A DNA stretch of 64,000 bases from Opitutales bacterium (GTDB taxonomy: Bacteria; Verrucomicrobiota; Verrucomicrobiia; Opitutales; PNEW01), in contig CBDANS010000007.1 in NCBI GenBank assembly GCA_965197745.1, forward strand, positions 192,001-256,000, in the 5' to 3' direction. Both the position numbers and the translations under genes were made by a program. The notes beneath the pieces were generated by a model. That model made no database searches and was not told the DNA's origin. It saw only the letters and a program-made list of their open reading frames with translations. Each line of letters starts with the position of its first letter. Positions within the stretch are counted from its first letter, which is position 1. Below, one piece after another: positions 61,301 to 64,000 of this stretch.

Positions 61301-64000
61301 GAAAAAGATTTCCGAGTTTAATTTGCTTTCAGCGGATGAAGAAAAACAGGAAATAGTAGACTGGAACGCAACTGCCTCTAAATATCCTGAGCATTTATGC
61401 CTCCACCATATTATCTCTGACCAGTCAGCTAAAACACCCCATTCAACGGCGATCAGTTTCGATGGGGAATCCATGACTTATGAGGAATTGGAGAGAAAAT
61501 CAAACGGCCTGGCCCTAGCATTACATCAGAAAGGTATCGGTCCGGACACCCCCGTTGGGCTCTATCATGAACGGTCCATGAACATGGTTGTCGGGTTACT
61601 AGGTATACTTAAAGCTGGTGGTTGTTATGTGCCTCTGGATCCAGAATTCCCACCCCTCAGGCTGGAACAGATGCTCGACAATGCAAACCCATCTGTGGTG
61701 GTTACACAAAGCGAACTGGCGAGTGCCTTACCTCAAGGTCAATGGGAATCTATCTTTGTCGAAGAAGTGAGTGAGGCGGAGACAACACCTCAAGTCGATG
61801 GCCTGAATCCCGATTCGCTTGCTTATATTATTTATACATCCGGGTCTACAGGCGTGCCAAAGGGTGTGGAAATTTCCCATCAGTCTCTGGTTAACTTTTT
61901 ATATTCAATGCAGAGGGAGCCAGGTTTAAGTGATGAGGATAAACTTTTAGCAGTAACGACACTTTCTTTTGATATTTCAGGATTGGAACTCTACCTGCCA
62001 CTGATTTCCGGTGCTCAGGTTATTCTGGCCTCTCGTAAAGTCGCAGCTGATGGCAGACAGCTGGCAGCTCTCATAAAAAGCACCAATCCCACCATTATAC
62101 AGGCTACCCCGGCTACCTGGCAGATGTTACTGGATTCGGGCTGGTACGGAAAACAAAACCTTCGGATACTTTGTGGAGGTGAACCCCTACCACCGGATTT
62201 GGCGGAGCATTTATGTGAAATGGGTGCGGAAGTTTGGAATCTTTATGGTCCGACCGAAACAACCATCTGGTCTACGGCGTCACAAATTGAAAAAGGTGAT
62301 GATGTCGTCTCTATCGGCCGCCCCATCGCCAATACAAAAATATACATTTTAGATGAGGAAGAAAAACCCCTTCCCACGGGCTTTGCCGGCAATCTTTACA
62401 TTGGCGGTGACGGTCTGGCCCGAGGCTATCACAAACAACCTGAGCTCACTAAGGAATCATTTGTTGAGTTGTCGTTAAATCAGCAGGAAACTGAGCGCGT
62501 ATACAAAACCGGTGACTTAGCGCGCTATTTATCCGATGGCTCAATTGAATGCATTGGTCGCCGCGACTCTCAAATTAAACTGCGTGGTCACCGTATCGAG
62601 CTAAGTGAAATCGAAACGGTGCTTCGTGATCATCCCGCTGTAAAAAGTGCTTTGGTCCTGATGCGCAAAGATATGCCGGGAGGTCCGGGTATTGCCGCTT
62701 ATATTATACCCATGGAAAATAACGACAGATTAGTTCCGGATCTGCGATCACACCTCACTGAGCGCTTGCCTCAATATATGCAGCCTTCTGCTTATATGGT
62801 CCTCGATGAATTCCCGCTCACCCCCAATAATAAAATTGACCGCAATCATCTCCCGCTTCCCTCTTTAAAGCGTTCCGATTTGCGAACAGATTATTTGGCA
62901 CCCCAAACGCCGACTGAGAAGATTCTCTGTGATATATTAAATCAGGCTTTCAAGAGTGATAAGATTGGCATTCACGACAATTTCTTCGAGTTGGGTGGCG
63001 ATTCACTAATGGCGGTGGAAATATTGTCGAGTATCACTTCCGCTTTTAACCGTGAATTACCGATTGAGGTCTTTTTGCGCAATCCTACGGTGGAAAGTCT
63101 GGGCTATTATTTTGAACTCACTCCCGAAAATATTGAGGTGAATTCCTCCCCCCATAAGAATGGAGATTCAAAGGTTAATAACATTGATGACTTGTTTAAA
63201 AGCAGTTATCTGGATATCGAGCATGTAAATGGTAAAAATGGGGATCGCACTAAGTTCCCTGAGGTGGATGCCGTTGCTCTTGCTTACATCCCCGATGCTT
63301 TCCTCCCCCTCACGGGTCTTTCCAAAGATGAAATTTCACGTCAGTGGTTTCAACATCAGCCTTTTGTCAGCAATTACTACGAGACTCCATTTGGAAAAAT
63401 CGCTATCGTCATGTTACCGCGGTTAGGAGCTGAACTTTACAAAGATCAAGTGCCTCTCGGTGATAATATCTTAAGCTCCTTAAAATTGGCTGCCGATATG
63501 GGGGCCAGTACCGTATCCCTGACCGGCCTCATCCCCTCGGCTACTGACTATGGAAGAAGTATCTCACACTGGATAAACGGCCACGACAATTTACCCGCCA
63601 TAACTACGGGGCACGCCACAACCACAGCAACGATCGTGAAAACGATTACCGGTATGCTTGAGCAGACAATGCGTGACTTCAGTGAGGAAAAAATTGCCAT
63701 CGTCGGTTTGGGATCCATCGGCTATGCCACACTGCGACTTATGCTTGAAGTGATGCCGCATCCGGTTGAGCTTATCCTCTGTGATCTTTACCGAAAAGCG
63801 GACATTCTTGAGAATATTAGAAGTGAACTGATTGAAAAGGTTGGCTTTAAAGGAGCTATCCGTGTGGTGACAACGCGAGGCCAATTGCCCGACGCCATAT
63901 ACGATGCATCTTTTGTCCTTGGGGCCAGCAATGTTCCTGGTATCCTGGATATCAATCGCCTGCGTCCCGGCACCTTATTGGTAGACGATTCATTTCCACC
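52335..64000 (+). CDS. Hybrid type I PKS-NRPS (partial, about 3888 codons in window): KS-AT-DH-cMT-ER-KR-ACP-C-A(Gly)-PCP-acyl-ACP-reductase-like
   Basis: GGGAGG RBS at 52322, ATG 52335 (MINQGKRPIAIIGIGCRFPGG). Same-frame motifs: DTACSS 52857, HGTGT 53271, GHSVG 54228, YAFH 54534, DHRLHDSMVFP 55128, LRILEIGSGTG 56559, LIHAGAGGVG about 58254, YLITGGLGGFG about 58863, IGLDSLM 59781, MHHIVSDAWS 60369, LAYIIYTSGSTGVPKG 61818, DNFFELGGDSL 62976, ITTGHATT 63600, GLGSIG 63705. No stop seen before the window end. Confidence 0.93.
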   Translation, partial: MINQGKRPIAIIGIGCRFPGGAKNSASFWTSLRNGQNAIVEVPEDRWNLQRFYDPNPQLPGKMTTRWGGFLDTIDQFDAQFFGISPREALRMDPQQRWLLEVAWEALEDGGLAPDQVAGSRTGVFVGISSNDYANIQMKGPQDVDMYTNSGSTLSIASGRISYLFDLKGPSLSVDTACSSALVAVNLACNSIWDGQCDTALAGGVNALLTPDSSIGFSKASMLSPDGRCYTFDERANGYVRGEGAGLIVLKPLDDALEDEDPIYAVIRSSIVNQDGRTSSMTVPGQFSQEAMLNEAYEQAGISPSRVCYIEAHGTGTPVGDPIEVLALGNILSKGRKAEDKCVIGSVKTNIGHLESASGIAGLIKAALVLKYKEIPPNLHFETPNPHIPFEKLKLRVPTKLESIPKGSDPAVVAVNSFGFGGTNAHVVLEEAPVIAKRRKKINKDDAPRPYLVPLSGKGQQSLKKSAENLVDLLSGQSNGTEIFLPDLAHTASLRKGHHDHRLALVACSENEVIVKLNGYLSENKVKGLVEGRAKTENQKEIVFIFTGQGPQWWAMGRELLEKDPLFRKKIEKCDKLLSEYTSWSLVEELSRDEASSRIDDTSVAQPAIFALQIALADWWKARGVSPTCVIGHSVGEVAAAYCSGIYTLNDAIKIIYHRSHLQATTRGSGRMVVVAISPDKAKALIQGFEDQVTISAINSPGLVTLAGDTKVLESIIEPLEKDQVFIRWLDVDYAFHTNKMDPIKDDLLQVLSEIRPRASKIPYYSTVSGEVMDGKKLDASYWWRNIRETVLFGPAIDVIISKDHDLYLELGPHPSHSSSVLECLAHKGKNGSVLPSLRRKESDQQTLLETLATLYTRGYPIQWDALYGKEGQFVQLPSYPWKSERLWLESPVSEEYRFGSIVHPLLGEKVNAPSPTWECELDPRALPYLADHRLHDSMVFPGAAYVEIALAALNELYPNEPFVIEDIKILKGLFMSEDGVITIQMVCDKTDDSFNIFSSTDTTAGEWEIHAQGRYQKLAPRDPGNLAVDQIKDAMEEEIDHAKIYSDFDDVGYQFGPCFREVQKIWRKDGESLAEIQVTDAVLEDMESNFFQPAVLDACFQSGKESRVKDENRKARDNFYMPIALKRVRFFKSPTPRLWCYTQLVSDEGDRVEYDLKVANDDESIIAEIKGFCVQRVDQSETKAEEDLENCYYQFHWHPSSLPGARRDPIELISPERLIEVLDPEIIPTYDKYNLDGYVSDFMPQMETLSFNFILTALRKMGWKPAIGDRVSIDSLIEELGIMEQHHRLLQHSIFETLKKEAVIQATEDGEWEVARTPDSLNLEDLCSALRNNFPHLWAEMDLLIDCGYVLAEVLTGEKDPLDVIFPAGDQKKIESFYKDSSDFQAYNSLLQKAIDKLASELPEKGKLRILEIGSGTGSLTESLLEVLSPDRTEYYFTDISPLFIASAKENFKNYDFIEYSILDIEKPPGEQKFDLQSYDLVLATNVLHATKDLKQTLRHINQLMTEEGLLLFLEVTTKRLFLDLVFGLLPGWWRYSDDELRTTHALITRQEWEGLLNESGFRNVNSFVNTMEESHANQSVFLANASELLTEMDRKEAIDESSDKNKTWLIFADQSGFAESLVNQMEERDSTCIMVTPGESFVEVGERCYQIHPEQLQDMEDLFTHLELDPNALQGIIHMWSLDHPTADITTPESLELAQQTGCLNVLNLIQTLVKSEPDPAPRVWMITHGMQLVSDTDRNERIASAPLIGLARVANNEHWDYHWTAIDLESSSTPLELEFLVNEICSADDELEIAYRGGERFVNRIEKTVKDEIPARTKDAVRRDGVIPYRLEIPTPGILNNLRLNETERSAPGPQEIEIKVAAVGLNFRDVMKVLGMYPGNSRDLKWLGDECSGTVVSVGEEVKNFQVGDEVIGMMVPYCCRSYAIVNEALVFHKPSKQSFEEAATLPIVFLTAHYTLNHLAHLRKGEKILIHAGAGGVGQAAIQMAKHIGAEIFATAGSPEKREFLKSQGIAHVMDDRTLDFADEVMEITEGKGVDVVLNQLAGDFITKSLSVLAPFGRFLEIGKVDIYQNTKIGLEPFKKNLTYFAVDLSKHIEERPEIITMMLQELSVMFEREELKPLPFKAFPITQAVEAFRYFAQSKHIGKNVLSLQEDSILVGLPSEQKTLFRADGTYLITGGLGGFGLEVAKWMVKSGAKNLVLMGRSGASTDDAMEALQTMRNNGAQVVVAKADVVIHDDVERVLNKIDEEMPPLKGVIHAAMVLDDGFLVQIDTEKFKKVLRPKMIGAWHLHQLTQQMHIDFFVLFSSASSMLGPNGQGNYASANFFLDALAHYRNAMGLHALTVNWGALSEAGYVARNENVAKYLDILGLESFTPQEALSIFAQILPKNPVQLGASHVNWKTISKINPQMGSSKLFSLVISQDALSEKTGAHAHSFRPQLLGAAPEDRHKMVENYISEQVAQVFGTSADKIDRDTPLTTIGLDSLMAIELMNRLESNLGINLPMGKFLQGPNISQLAIPVLELLVKSDSGSDTASSPRNVTAGEELMEFPLSQGQRALWFLHRLAPSSAAYNLVFSSRITPYVDIDIMKKAFARIFHSHPMLDIVISTVDGEPMQTLQKGRSVDFREHDATQLSDDELKALLVEHAHKPFNLQTGPVIRLELFRTATGSHVTQLAMHHIVSDAWSIVIVLNELMETYLAIKAGREPDVQPPEFRYSDYVNWQKNLLQSPEADRLGSYWYEYLADSSMVLDLPTDHPRPPVQSFNGATFGFKLEEDLTQKVLKLAEEKRVTLYTTLLSVFNILMHRYCNQEDIIIGSPLSGRINKEFHHITGYFINPVALRSRMGDDPAYFDYLDRVYQSVIGALENQDYPFPLLVDRLKVKRDPSRSPIFQASFSMERTPGVDDQGIAVFLIGQGGHKFNAEDMVIESIDLTLRMAQFEITLVVEEAGGNIYGCWQYNSDLFEPETISRLSGFYKQLLNEIVSHPEKKISEFNLLSADEEKQEIVDWNATASKYPEHLCLHHIISDQSAKTPHSTAISFDGESMTYEELERKSNGLALALHQKGIGPDTPVGLYHERSMNMVVGLLGILKAGGCYVPLDPEFPPLRLEQMLDNANPSVVVTQSELASALPQGQWESIFVEEVSEAETTPQVDGLNPDSLAYIIYTSGSTGVPKGVEISHQSLVNFLYSMQREPGLSDEDKLLAVTTLSFDISGLELYLPLISGAQVILASRKVAADGRQLAALIKSTNPTIIQATPATWQMLLDSGWYGKQNLRILCGGEPLPPDLAEHLCEMGAEVWNLYGPTETTIWSTASQIEKGDDVVSIGRPIANTKIYILDEEEKPLPTGFAGNLYIGGDGLARGYHKQPELTKESFVELSLNQQETERVYKTGDLARYLSDGSIECIGRRDSQIKLRGHRIELSEIETVLRDHPAVKSALVLMRKDMPGGPGIAAYIIPMENNDRLVPDLRSHLTERLPQYMQPSAYMVLDEFPLTPNNKIDRNHLPLPSLKRSDLRTDYLAPQTPTEKILCDILNQAFKSDKIGIHDNFFELGGDSLMAVEILSSITSAFNRELPIEVFLRNPTVESLGYYFELTPENIEVNSSPHKNGDSKVNNIDDLFKSSYLDIEHVNGKNGDRTKFPEVDAVALAYIPDAFLPLTGLSKDEISRQWFQHQPFVSNYYETPFGKIAIVMLPRLGAELYKDQVPLGDNILSSLKLAADMGASTVSLTGLIPSATDYGRSISHWINGHDNLPAITTGHATTTATIVKTITGMLEQTMRDFSEEKIAIVGLGSIGYATLRLMLEVMPHPVELILCDLYRKADILENIRSELIEKVGFKGAIRVVTTRGQLPDAIYDASFVLGASNVPGILDINRLRPGTLLVDDSFP

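Noticed and set aside
52447..63973. Many short ORFs listed in the track across the last 12 kb
   Set aside because: They are antisense or out-of-frame shadows of the single long PKS-NRPS reading frame.
1..64000. tRNA, rRNA, IS elements, integrases or prophage genes
   Set aside because: None was recognisable by eye, and no mobility signature flanks the PKS-NRPS on the visible side.

Overview
Bacterial chromosomal window, most likely Verrucomicrobiota (Opitutales-like). This is inferred from the PVC-restricted Minf_1886-type gene, a long three-domain IspG and the uppS-cdsA-dxr-rseP-ispG order. Positions 1-40 kb are mostly housekeeping and metabolic: ECF sigma/anti-sigma, queA, Fur-family regulator, PhyH dioxygenase, a Kelch-SSS sugar locus, a TonB receptor locus, larA-like, rph, the MEP/undecaprenyl operon, recD2, an Mla/Pqi ABC system, leuA with a Leu-rich leader peptide, coaC, an interrupted pseudokinase-PEGA-FGE gene, SRP RNA, dnaX with an A10 slippery site, a Tm-1/TIM-barrel operon and an M16 protease. 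Two systems stand out. (1) A four-gene minus-strand operon at 40.1-44.6 kb: a MotA/TolQ/ExbB channel, a degenerate Hsp70-fold+FHA protein, and two membrane-anchored coiled-coil vWA proteins whose TM helices carry an ExbD/MotB-like Asp. (2) A >11.6 kb ORF missing from the supplied track (52335 to beyond the window end). It encodes a fungal-style highly reducing PKS-NRPS hybrid, KS-AT-DH-cMT-ER-KR-ACP-C-A(Gly)-PCP, followed by an acyl-ACP-reductase-like domain instead of a TE or SDR-type R domain. It lies next to an RND permease and a GT21-like glycosyltransferase and is preceded by a possible decayed KS relic. All calls come from motif reading by eye; no database searches were run.
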